The notes beneath the pieces were generated by a model that did no database searches, was not told where the DNA came from, and was given only the letters and a program-made list of their open reading frames with translations. A stretch of 64,000 nt of DNA from Lama glama (lineage: Eukaryota), in the NCBI GenBank assembly GCA_028534125.1, contig CM052818.1, forward strand, positions 47,618,001 through 47,682,000. Direction: 5' to 3'. Shown here one piece after another: positions 11,200 through 23,100 of the stretch. Made by a program: the position numbers and the translations under genes. Each line of letters opens with the position of its first letter. Position 1 is the stretch's first letter.

Positions 11200-13850
11200 T
11201 TACTTACTGGGTAGTCTTCATTCCTCGAGGACTCCTTCTGGTGCTCTGCCGTGCCCTCCCACAGTACCTTTGGCTGTGCTGTTGGTGATTTCGACACATG
11301 TGGAGATGACTCTGTCAAAACCCCCATCAGTCTTAGACCTGTCACTCAATGATCTTGCTGTCAGCTGGACCCCAACCACCCCCTCCTATGGTTATACCCA
11401 AGATTGTGCCCATAATAGTGGGTACAATACCTTCATATTCACAAATTCAAGTGTCCCATTCTTTGACCACTGCCTCTCCACCTTCCAGATCACTGCCCCT
11501 GGCATTTCAGCACTAATAGTCTTTTCATCCCCATATTACCACCGATCCACAGATCCTATCATCCTTCCACTGTTCCTTATTCCCTTGGTGTCCTGGCTCT
11601 GTCACCATCTAAAATTCCTCGATCAATTATTATGGTAACCTCCTTGCATTCATTCATCTTTGACCCCCTCACCCCTCTTGCTTCGTCATATTTATTTGGC
11701 AAAACCACAACCCAGGTAAATGTGACTTTCTGCCTACTCTGTGCCCCATGCTCACACATCACATCACTTCTGGAGAAAGGCACGCATCCATGCTGAATGC
11801 TGTCATATTAAAATTTGTGCCAGCAATTACAAGTGAACCATCATTGCTGTTTGGCCATTGCAGTATATTTCCCTAGTCTATTCACTCTTCCATTTTGTAG
11901 ATTACAAGTTCATTCATTCTCCTTTCCCTTCATGCCTTCACCACCTTCATCTCCATCCTCATCATTAACTACAGACTTTGCTTGTATTTTGCTGAGATCA
12001 TTGTGGCTATCAGAAGAGAATTTCTAAACACTACCATCCTACAGCTGGGTCTTTATTGACTGGCTTCCTCTTGCTACATGGAAGAAATCCCCCCAAGTCC
12101 TTAATTAAGGCAAATCCCTCTCTTACACCCCATCATTTCACCTTCCCACCTGCCTCAGGCAACTGCTTAAGCAAAGCTCTTCCTCCCTTTCCCTCATCTC
12201 AGTCCCAGCCCAGTGGGCCCTTCCCATTGATACAGATGCACTTTCTCCTCCTTGAGAAACAAAAAGAAGACCTTTCTCAGCCACACTTCTTCCCCCTCTC
12301 TGCTCCCTTACATAGAAATGCTGATTGAGAAAGCTTTCTTTACTTAGTGTCATAACCTGCTACCAGCTGCTCTTTGTTCTCTGTTGGCATCCATATGCGG
12401 GCTCAGTTAAACAGGACTGAACTTCCGGTTTCACTGCCCTACTTACATAAGGCTCACGCCTCAACCTCACCTGAGCATCCAACGTTGTTTTTACCCACCA
12501 CACATGTGAGGGTACCAAGACCCTCAGGTTCCCAGCAGGCAGGCCCTGAGACTACTCATCACCTGTAAACAAATCCCCCATGAGCACAGGAACCCCCTTG
12601 GCTAACGCCCTGGGCCCCAACAAAGGCTCCAGCCCACGGGTCCTCCTCTCTCACTCCCGCCTGCCGGTCCAGCCCGTGCATCACCACAACTTCTAGCTCG
12701 ACCTGCCAGGTGTCCTACGCTTTCCACTCTGGGACCTGCAAGTAATACATTCTATTTTCTTTCAGCAGCCTGGTCTCTTGAGTGTCGTTTGCTGTGTGCC
12801 ACATCAGATACCACCATAGCACGATAAACGGTCCTGGGACACCTACAGCACTAACTTTCCCCAATACTTAAGCACCCACTTTCTTTGGGAGCCACTCTGC
12901 TCAGCATTGAGTCTCACTGAGACTGTGAAATGTCTCTTTCAAACGACACCAATGGCCTCTGCATTGCTAGGTTTAAAGATTAGTTCTCAGTCTTGGTCAA
13001 ACCAGAGCATTGGACACAGTTGTCATTGATTCCTCCCGCAGCAGATTTGTACTTAGTCTCCAAGACACCATATCGCAATGGTTTTCCTCCTATCTCACCG
13101 GGCACTCCTTCTCAGGTTACTCTCCACCTTCCCAGTCTCTTAGTCAGTGAGTGTCCAGGGCTCAATCCCTAAGTTACCTCTCTGTCCACCCTGGTGCTTC
13201 AGTGACACCATCTACTCTAAGGGCTTTAAATACCAATCAGAAGGTAGGTCTCTGTTGGATTTATATAACCAGCCCATGTGTCTCATCTGAACTCCAAACT
13301 CATCCATTTGACACCTGTTCAACATTTCCAGTTATTTTTCTAATTTCACATATCCAAATTCAAATTCCTATTCTTCCCAAACACCTGTCTCATCTGAAGT
13401 CATCCCTTATCTTGGTTGCTGGTGACTTTATTCTTTAGTTGCTAAGGCCAATGTGCTCCTTTACTTCTTTCAGAATCACATTCAATCCGTCAGAAAACCC
13501 TGTTTCTCACGACACACCCAGAATCCAACAATACTGCACCTCCTCCATCACTAAACACTCTGGTCCAAGGCACTTCCTCTCTTGCTTGGTTATTGCAGTG
13601 GCCTCCTACCTGATGGTTCTAATTCTGACTTTGCTCAGACACAGCGAGTGACCCTTTTAAAGCCGAAGTCTGATCTTGTCAGTTCTCTGCTCAAAATCAA
13701 CAGTGGCTTCCCATCTCACTCAGAATACAGCCTAAGCTTTGAGGTCTAGAAACCGTGCATGATGTGGACCTCGGGTTCCCCGGGAGCCTCGCTGCTTTCT
13801 GCTCTCCCCGCTGCTCCCTCCTGTGCAGCCTCTCTGGGCTCCCTGCTATC
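11200..13850 (+). mobile_element. Long L2 LINE (ORF2 endonuclease region to 3' part), interrupted by an LTR
   Basis: 'ggtgatttcgacaca' encodes GDFDT (cf. GDFN). ORF 11270-11638 carries PTTPSYGYTQD...VPFFDHCL (cf. PTH..GHTLD...LSDH of AP-like endonucleases). Later L2 motifs include 'caatggcctctgcattgct', 'tctgaactccaaactcat' and 'caacagtggcttcccatctcactcagaata'. Confidence 0.85.
12345..12850 (+). mobile_element. ERVL-class solo LTR (MER54/MER73/MER74-like) inserted in L2
   Basis: 'gggccccaacaaaggctccagcccacgggtcctcctctctc' and 'ctctgggacctgcaagtaataca' resemble the MER54/74 group. L2 sequence resumes on both sides. Confidence 0.65.
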
Positions 13851-14479
13851 CCACTGATAAATGTGTGTAGTGCAAACATCTCCCTTTAAACTATAGGTTG
13901 CCTTCTTCCTCTCTTAAAGATGACTTCAGTTTATTTGTAATGACTATGTGGGATGGCCATTAAAAAGGGACATGAAGAAGTAGCTGAAGGCCAGAGAATG
14001 AGGCTCCAGCACCATTACAGCTGTGGTTCTGGAGCCTTGGCAGCCCCACGGGCGCTCTGAGTTCTCACGACCACACACAAGCGGGGGACAAGGCCTCGAG
14101 CCCACGAGAGGTGGGGGATTGGAAATAATATCCTTGCATGAAACCAGAACTCTCAAAGTGCTACTGATTCAGAGAAATGAACGCCAGCAACATCTGTCCA
14201 ACAGCCTTGGGAGAAGAAAACAGATTATCTCGCCCTCAGTGGAAGAACAGTGTCTTTCATTAGAAATTTCCACTAGAAACTAAACCATGCACTTCCTATG
14301 GATTTGGACTCCCAAATTACATTTTCCTCTTTAGGAAGGAAAACAGTGTTTTAAAGCAGAAAATATAGTCTTGGATGATGATACCCTCAACAGAAACAAG
14401 TTGAAGACCAGTCAACAGCTCCTACCGCACAAGAAGCCCATTGGAGGAGAAGCTGGGACCAAAACCTGCAAAAGAGGGG

Positions 14480-15075
14480 CCTGTAAACAAAGTTACAAAA
14501 ATGAGGAATTCCGTCAAGATTACAGTCAGCAGGTACACACGCACGCGCGCACACACACACACACAGGCCATGAGCATCTCAAGTACTTGACGTAATAGAA
14601 CAAGATGCTGAAGAAGATGATAAACCAAGTGTTTTTAAGCAGTTAAAAGGACAGAAGAGGGCTTAAAAAGCATCTGGGAAGAATGAGGCAATATGCTAAA
14701 TCAACATGTAAGCTTGAAGAAAGAACCAAATAGAACTTATATTAATCACAGTTTTGGTAATTGAAAATAAAATGAACTGAATTGATAATTTAAATAGCAG
14801 ACTAGACAGAATTCACGAGAGTATTAGTGAACTCAAAAGGCAGATGTGCAAAAACTACCCAGAAGGCAGCAAACCATGATAGAAAATACAGCAGCTCACA
14901 GTGGACATGTTAGGAAATGTCCATTTCTGGCTGATGGGAGTTCCAGAAAAAGTGAATAGAGAGAAAAAGGGAGAAGAAATAATGGCAAACAATGCAAAGG
15001 ATTTTCCAGATTCATGAAAGACAGGATTTTCCTGTTTGAGAAAAGAAAATGAGTTCTAAGCAGAAGAAATAAAAG
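14480..15075 (+). mobile_element. L1M/HAL1-type ORF1 region remnant, with a (CA)n tract at about 14535-14563
   Basis: A-rich sense strand with 'aagaaagaaccaaatagaactt', 'ttaaatagcagactagaca' and 'ggagttccagaa', typical of old ORF1. Confidence 0.7.
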
Positions 15076-15099
15076 TTTGCTTTTCCTTAGTTGATATAC

Positions 15100-15290
15100 A
15101 TTGATATAGTTGATCCCTTATTGAAAATTCAGGTTGTTCCCAATCATCTTATTACAAACAGCACTGCAGTAAATATTCTTGTGGTATAGACATCATTTGA
15201 CAATTTTTGTCTGTAAATAAACAAGTCTGTTAAGATGGGATTGGGGGTCAGAAGGGGGTGCAATTTCAAACATATTGATAGATAATAAGT
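15100..15290 (-). mobile_element. L1ME-type 3' fragment
   Basis: 'aggttgttcccaat...tattacaaacagcactgcagtaaatattcttgt' is antisense old L1. Confidence 0.65.
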
Positions 15291-15759
15291 ACCTTTTTAT
15301 TTCATCACATGAAAGGACTGCCTGCTGAAACTTTAGACTTATTTTCCTAGATTTTAAAATCTTCAAGAGCTGAGCATCACTGACTTGCTTCTTTCTGCAA
15401 AGCATCCAACACAACATACCGACCTCCCCGTTTGATTTGCATTTGTCACTGATTTTAATGATGATGGTGACAAACCTAATCCAGGTGAATATTTAGGTCT
15501 TTTTGCTCATAGGAAGTCGAGTGAGTCCCAGAACAAAAAACAAGTACACTGTGGTATCCACATACACCACCATCACTCCTCCACCCCAGTTCCTGCCCCT
15601 CTGAAACTCATTCTTCAAGATCTAGACCAAAATCTATGTTTTCAGTTCTGCATTCTCTGTGTCCCCGTTTCTTCAAATCAGAATTTGTCAATTTTCTCTC
15701 CACTTCTCCAATTCTTTACCCTCATCCAAGGCAAGGACCGTCTCTGTTTGGGTGTAATC

Positions 15760-15870
15760 GGCCTCCCCTCCCTGTTGGACTGTAAGCTTTCTTGAGGCTG
15801 AGACTGACCTGTCTTAACCTGGTGCCTGACTAAGTGACCGGTCTGGTAGCAGCCCAGCAATATTTTATTA
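15760..15870 (+). mobile_element. L2 3' end fragment
   Basis: 'tggactgtaagctttcttgaggctgagactga' L2 3' motif. Confidence 0.6.
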
Positions 15871-18219
15871 TATCAAATTGAAAACAGAACCCAGGTTTAC
15901 CGCAGTTCCCAGGTTACACCATAGCACGTTCCAAAATCGGCACAAGGCAAGAAACCGATAAGCCAAAGTACACTTAGGACAATAAACAATTTTTTTTTAA
16001 CTTTTGAAGCTTTGAGATTTTGAGATGAACACTCAAATTAAAAACATATTTGGGTGAGAGAGCAATGCTTTTACACATAATCATCAAATTCTCCCCTCAG
16101 AAACTTCCAGCATGGAAAAGATAGAAATCACTTTGGAGGTTCTCTAACTCTGAAGTTGTAAACACACAAGGGGCTCGAGGCTCAGCCGATCCCATTTGTA
16201 CCGTCCTCCTCAAGACACCAGGGATGCTCCGAAACAGCACATGGTGCAGACCTCCCGGGACAGGCGCAGAAGGACCCCTTAGGCCAATCATCTATCTGAG
16301 AAAATAGAATTTCCTAGAACTTCTGGAGAATTTACATTTGGTATCATGAAACAAGTATGAAACAAAAGATAAAAAATAAAAATACGCCGAGAATTTTGTG
16401 GAATTCAAAGACTACATACATAGGATAATCCTCCTGTCCTCGGGGCCCCCGCCCCCACCCCCCAGCCCCGGACGTGCTCCCTGAGTGAGTCAACGTATCT
16501 GCCCAGCGAGCGAGAAGCAGCCCTCAGAGGCCACCTGCCCTGGGTCTGCGGTCCCTCAGTCCCGCGTCTCTCTCTACAATGAACACAAGTGTCCCTGCTG
16601 TACACCCAGTATGATGAGACACCACATCTCCACCTCTGACTCTGAAATAACAAACTTCCAGGTAGGCAAAAGGATGTAAACTCACTCAGACGCACAATAT
16701 TCTTCCAAATATTCCGCATGGTCGGCCTCACCCTGTTGAAACAATCAGAGAGGCAATAACACATTTTTCTATCTAAGAGCAGATCTCTTTAATGAGATGT
16801 GCCCTATGATCCATGAAAATTTTCTATACCTTATTCCCGAAGACAAAGACTTGGCTTGGCTTTATTTGATCCAGCTCAGATCAATAACTAATTAGGAGCC
16901 TAATTTAGGTCCAAAGAATAGTGTGTTTAATCCCAATAAAATATAATTTTCAAGGAAAACTATTTGATTGACAAGAGTGGAAGAACTGTTATCGGCACAG
17001 TTCTTCATGCATTTAAACTTACACGATATGCACATTTTCTTTAATGCATTTCAAGTAACATTGCATCTCCTCAAACGGTTCATTCCAAAAATAGAGCTTC
17101 AGACCATACATTTATATTTCATTTGTCGACAAGCGTTTTAGTTTCTCATAAAGCTAATGAATTTCTTCCAAAACCCTAACTCGCCTTACCAAATACAAAT
17201 GTCTTTCTGCTTAAAGCAATTACCCTCAAATGGTTGATTTATACAGCCTCACAAATCACAAATTTCCAGGCAAATAAATCACTTTGCATTTGGTTTCAAC
17301 AAAGATAAAATAAAAGATTTTTTAAAGGTGCTGACTAAGAACTTTGTGGGATTTGCCTCAATACTACGTACTTTAATTAAAATATATATTGATGTGTTTC
17401 GTTTCCCTGAGAGCAGCAGTATGGTAATAAGTTCTTAACAATTCAGATCTATGCCTTTTCGTGGGTCGTTTTGCAATTCTATCCTTTTTTTTCCCTTTCT
17501 CTAATCAGCAATCAGTACTTTTCGAGGTTTATGTGTATAGTGTATAATTTGATTTTCTTCCCTGGCGGGCTGTTACATAGACTGAATACAGAGATTAAAA
17601 GTACATATATTTAGAATCAAGAAAAGCATAATGTACGTTTTTGCTGCTCTTCGGTGATGAATCCTATATATTAATCAAGGTAGCAGGCTTCAAGCAAAGC
17701 ACTGTGGTTTCTCCAGCTCAAAGGAAACAGCAGAATGCTTTAATCAGCATTTCAGCGTCAGGTATGGAACTGGGAAGAGAGGCAGGAGCATGTGCTCTCT
17801 TGCCACAGATGACTTAATCTTAGTCTAAAAGGATTCCTCCGTGGTTCCCAAACCTAAAGCTTCGGGTGAAGCTGTGGTAGATACCGCGGAACCTATTCGT
17901 GGTGGTAATGACATCGCATTCTCGCATTCTTGGTTAAGTGGTCCTTCAGGGGGTTGCCTCTTTTCTTTCCCTTTTTTCCTTTTTAATGAACCTCTGTCTT
18001 TAAACACAGAACCGGGATCCATCAACCTGTTGGGCTGATCGCCAGCTTTGCTGGCCGGGCCGTAGTTGGTGAGCTCTCAGATTTAACTGCAGCGAAGTGC
18101 CCCTAGGTTGCTATGGCGTTAGACACATCGTGAGTCACTTGGAAGTGAGACACTAAAAACAGGTGTCACAGAACTGCAGAATTCTGTAGCAATGGGATTG
18201 GCTGAAACTCTACAGCTGT

Positions 18220-18350
18220 TTATTGTCACCTCCTGGGTTTACAGATGAGGAAACTGTGGAACAGGGAGGCAAAGAGAACAGATCAAGTTTACCCAGCTTT
18301 ATTGGTTAACAAAGCAAAACTGAGAGCAAACGTATCCTTTTCACTAAAAC
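18220..18350 (-). mobile_element. MIR SINE fragment
   Basis: Near-exact antisense core 'tttacagatgaggaaactg'. Confidence 0.75.
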
Positions 18351-20034
18351 TGGGTGATTTTTCACGTGACACAAAGTCAAGTGATAAATACATGCCTTTG
18401 GACACATTCAGAACATTTTTCCAATAAGTTTCATTTTCTGTTTTTGAATTTGTAGGGGGAACCAGATTTGTGACTTTCTAATAGAGATATATTTTTAAAA
18501 GAAATTAAAGTTTTTCAAACAATGAAATGGAGGAGTTCTTTCTGTGTTTCTTTGTACTCTGGTTACTTACTCTGAATAAGAAGTAATACGATGTGAGCAA
18601 TTTCCACAATTCAATGGGAAGAATTTCAGTGGACTGATTTGGAAAGAGAAGTGGTCATTCTATGTCTGCGAAGGGTGTCATCTGTGACTGAATTGGAAGG
18701 AACCAGTCTCCCTAGGAGGGAACTTCCTGATCCACAAAGTGGATTTGCAGTCAAGAGTCCCTTTCATCCTTCCAACGATGGTGTGATGAAGAATGAGCTA
18801 GGTGCCACAAATTGTGCTAAGTTCTTTTTCCTGGGCCTTGTTCAGTTGGTACCATCATCATTATTATTATTCCCAATTTATAGCCAAACTCTGCCACAGA
18901 TGCTATGATCAAGTTTGGGTCTGGTTTAAGCACAAGAGTAACCATGTTAGCTATTATCTGAGCACCAATAGAGGGAAATTCAGAAACTTCAAGTAAGAGA
19001 TCTTTCAAGGAGCATCCACTCTAACAATTATTTCTGCCAACAAAGCTTCCCAGTTAAGTTGGACGGTTCATGTCACAACAGTGAAGAACATCTCCTCCAT
19101 CCAAGGGGTCCAGGTAACCATCGTTGACTGGGGAGCAGGGGATTTTTGATACTAACGGAGGTGCCTGCTACTTTAGCGATGCATTGACCCTGAGGAAGAG
19201 ATGGACAAAGAGGTAGGATTTATTAACAAAATCTGAGCACTGGTATGTCTCTAAGAAAACAGTGATTTTGGTCCTCAATATTCAATGACAACAATTTCTG
19301 TGAGTTTAAAGGAAGAGTTGGAAGTTGGGAGCTAAATTCTCCCTTAAAGTCCACTTTAATGAAGCCATTTTTGAGCCTGACATTTCTTTTACAATATTTT
19401 TCACACCAGCTGATAAAGACAGATGATTAAATATCAGGAATCGTCCTGACTTTTTGCTCTGAGCTGATTCTAAGGTGGACAGTTTGGTCATTTTGAACAC
19501 TGTGCGTATTATCCTTGGTGAAATTGTAATTGATGATATTGTACCGTTTTATGATGGCTGAAAGCATTTGGGTTATAAAGACGCATAACAGAAGTCAGGC
19601 ATCCAGCCTGGCTGAGATGCAGACTAAGACCATCAGGTGGGCATTGCCAGCAGTGGGCTGAACGTGTCCTTTAGAATATCTTGTTTCACGCCAGCTGGCC
19701 AGAAGTCGGCCATTTCTGACCACAGACCTGACAATCTGCCTCTCTTCACTGAGGCATTGTTAAAGATTTCAGCTTTTAAATCAACTGTCAGGAATAAAGA
19801 CAGGATGGAGGAAAAACAGACACCCTACCATTTTCAAATACTGCCCTGAGGCAAAGTTTGTCCAAGAAGGGGCAGCAGCATGACCAGACCTTAACCTTCT
19901 CAGTTCTTGGGGTAGATTTTGTTAATGGATTTTGGGGTCTTCTCTCTATTGACTGTTCCCCCTTTTGACAATGTTCTTGACAATACAGAGCAAGACAAAG
20001 CAAGTCAGGCACACAAACTTTCACCAAGAAGTTA

Positions 20035-20574
20035 TGAAAGCAGCTCTTTGGCCCCTTTCCTGTTAGCCCATTTCTGTCCCCATCTAACCTATAAAGACCA
20101 TAATTCTAGGGATGCGGTCACAAGGCTATTTAAACTAACTCCTGGCTTTTGCTCTCATGAATGCACACCACACCTGTCTAACTTGTTGCTTCTTTTCCTA
20201 GATAAAAAGAAGAATGAAGAATTAAGGAGTTAAAGAATGGCTAGCTCCCCACCCCCACCAGCCCCCTTAGCCTTCCTGCAGCAGATCACGGGGCAAGACG
20301 ACACCTGAAGAGAGAGTCAGCCAGTCTGCACGCAGTGGAGAAGGATGCAGAACCCAACCTCCTGCCTCAGCGATTTACTGAGATTCTCCACCCTCCCCAT
20401 TTCTTCCCTTTAAAAACTGTCGTGGTTGAGTAGCATCCTTGGAGTTGGTCTCTGGACCCGAGTCCACCTTCTCCCCAGACTGCTGGCTTTTCTGATTAAA
20501 GCATCTTTCCTTTCTACTGACACTAGCCTCTCAACTATTGGCTTTTTGAGCAGCTGAACCTGAGTTCAGTAACT
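20035..20574 (+). mobile_element. ERV1-class solo LTR
   Basis: TATA-like 'ccctttaaaaac', polyA signal 'attaaa', and a U5-like end 'tattggctttttgagcagctgaacctgagttcagtaac'. Candidate 4-bp TSD GTTA at 20031-20034 and 20575-20578. The left boundary is uncertain; an alternative TG start is at 20061. Confidence 0.75.
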
Positions 20575-20789
20575 GTTATAAGAAAAAATTCACCACCATG
20601 AAATCAGCCCTCCTTCTAGGACATGAAGCATCGTATCTTCTAATAGTCACTGGAAATAAGGAGAAGTACTTTCATTTCATCTTCATGTTGCAGCAAAGGA
20701 AAGGGAGGAACTTCCACAAGATCCAGAGAATATCTGCCATTTTCATGTCAGGATACTGACTGACTTACCATATTCTATTGGCTTAACCC

Positions 20790-21110
20790 ACTGTGCGATG
20801 GGCCTCTTGCCTTCAGGATTTATAATCAAGCCAAGGAAACAGAAGACATGAGACTACATAGAATTAACAGTGTTACATTGATGTACAAGTCTTCAGTATT
20901 TAATGATCGTGGAGAAGGGAGGCATCATTGTGGGTAATTTCATGGGGGAGGTAGAATGCAAGCTGAGTTTTGAGCTTAGGAAAGTCTTAGCAGAGCAGGA
21001 ATGTAAGGAAAATGAAGTAAAGAGAGAAGAAGTGAAGCCCATGTTTATAAGAAAGACAGAAAGGAGCGTTGCCTTATTAGAGGGGCTGCAGGATGGAGAA
21101 ACTAGAGGCT
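20790..21110 (-). mobile_element. L2 fragment
   Basis: 'cttgccttcaggatttataatcaag...ttcatgggggaggtagaatgcaagctgagttttga' resembles antisense L2. Confidence 0.5.
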
Positions 21111-21979
21111 GCTTCATCCTATAAGGGGGAATAACATGGAACTTTGAAACCAGGGACAGAAGGGTAGCCCCAGCGGGCAGTAAGGGTGTCGAGCAGACCT
21201 GAGGGGAAGGGCCGTGCTGGGGAGAGAGGCAGCCAGGACGCTTCTGCCGCTGCCAGTGCTCGGCTTTGGGCAGCACCGCAGGGTCTTCCAGGTGCACGTG
21301 TGTGGAGAGGTGTATTTTAGCATCCTGCAAGCACTGATCCCCCAGAGAAGTATTTTTTAAACCTGCAATATCAGTGGATTATTTTACAAACAAAATCCTA
21401 TCCAGAATCTCACTCTCCATGAAGCAGAGAGTGAGAGAGAGAGGAAGAGGGCCAAGTCGTGAAGTAGATGAAGTTGGTTAAGGGCTGACCGCCACCTCCA
21501 TCTACGCCCTGGCCTCCATCCACGTGGCCCTAGTGCATCTCCCACACATGCCCTCAGCGCTCTCTAGGACCCACCATGGGCCAGAGGATGGCACACTGTT
21601 AAAACATTCTATTCAGTTGATTAACAAGGAAATAGAGCAAGAACGGTCACTGCTGATCCCTCGTGACGACATGAATGGGGATACGTGTGGGAACACGAGG
21701 GGTCTTGGGGACGAAGGCAAGCAAGGGAATGAGTAACTTGTTACAGGCGTGTCCGTGTGACAGAAAGCTGGGCGACTGACACAGAAATACAGGCACACTG
21801 AACAGCACCATGAACGCAAGGAAAGGTCTGAAGATGAGAAAACAAGGAAAGAATTAGAATAAAAATCTGGAGGAGTGAGCACGGACAAGCAGAGCTCAGC
21901 CTGGACGGCCGGAGCAGCCTCCGAAAGGACCTGTCTGACCCGCGCTTGCCTCGCTTCCCATTATTCCTCAGATGGTCAC

Positions 21980-22550
21980 ACGGGGAGAATTTTTAAATGC
22001 ACGTCTATGGATGTCATCTCCATGTTTAAAACCCTTCAATTGTTTTCCCTGGTTTTCAAGATGAAGTCCAAACCTCTAACATGGCTACATGGCTGACAAG
22101 TCTCCTGCAATTACACTGACACCTGAACAGTGCACGTGGCCAGCCTGTCCCACCTCCAGCCTCTTCTCAACTCAACTCAGCTCATCTCTCTCTCTCTCTG
22201 TTTTCTCTCCCTCATTCACACATGCACACGCATGTACACTCACACACCCTGGCTTTCTGTCTCTCCTGCTTCAGAGTCTTTGCTGTAAATATCCATCCTT
22301 CCATCAGAAGCCTTTGTGCCTTTTCTGCATCTCACTAATCCCCTACGTATCCTCCAGGCCACTCTTTCAATGTTACACCCTCAGAGAGACCGTCTCTGAA
22401 CCCCAGATCTCTTTCTTTCTAACTTTCGCTTAATCTGAAAATACTCCTGTCTCCTTTGACACCCAAAGTGCCATAGGTGTAAGGATTAGCTTCTAGTGCC
22501 GCATCTGGCAAGTGGCAAACAACAAATATTGAAGAAAGGAAGGAGGGAAG
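21980..22550 (+). mobile_element. L2 LINE 3' portion
   Basis: 'atgtcatctccatgtttaaaacccttcaattg...aagtccaaacctct' and the tail 'aacaaatattgaagaaaggaagg'. Confidence 0.7.
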
Positions 22551-22714
22551 GACGGTGAGCAATTTTTCAAAGGAGCTACTCTCACTGTGGGGTCATAATC
22601 ATCCTAAGGAAAGTGAGGAGGTGGCTGATGACTTTCATTCTGTGAACAGGCATTTACTGGAGTTGGTGATGCACAGAAATTCACGGTAAAGTACAAGTAA
22701 CTTTGAAGTGTGAG

Positions 22715-23100
22715 TGATAAGTCAGCTTAATTGTTCGGCTGCATGTAACAGAAAACCTAAGAAATAAGTGTCTTAAACCCACAAGACTTAATTATTTCAT
22801 GTCATAGACGCAGTCCAGGGTTGACACGGTGGTTCCTCAACGTCTTCCCGGACGAGGTATCTCTGAATCATTGTTCCACCATCTCTAAGTTGCCTTCCCC
22901 ATCCTCACGGTCCAAAAAGCACATCCACTTGCAGGAGACAGGATGGAGGCGGGAGAGAAGGCTTCCCTTTCAGCATAGTGTGTAGCCTCCAAGTCACACA
23001 GATCACACAGTACATCCCATTAGTCAGAACTTAGTCATGGGGCCACTGCGTGCCGGGGGAAAGGCTGAGAAATAGGGAGTTTTAACTTGAACGTCCTGGT
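22715..23100 (-). mobile_element. MLT1J/K-like MaLR solo LTR
   Basis: 'ggctgcatgtaacagaaaacc' and 'acatcccattagtcagaacttagtcatggggcc...aaaggctgagaaat' are hallmark antisense MLT1 motifs. Confidence 0.8.
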
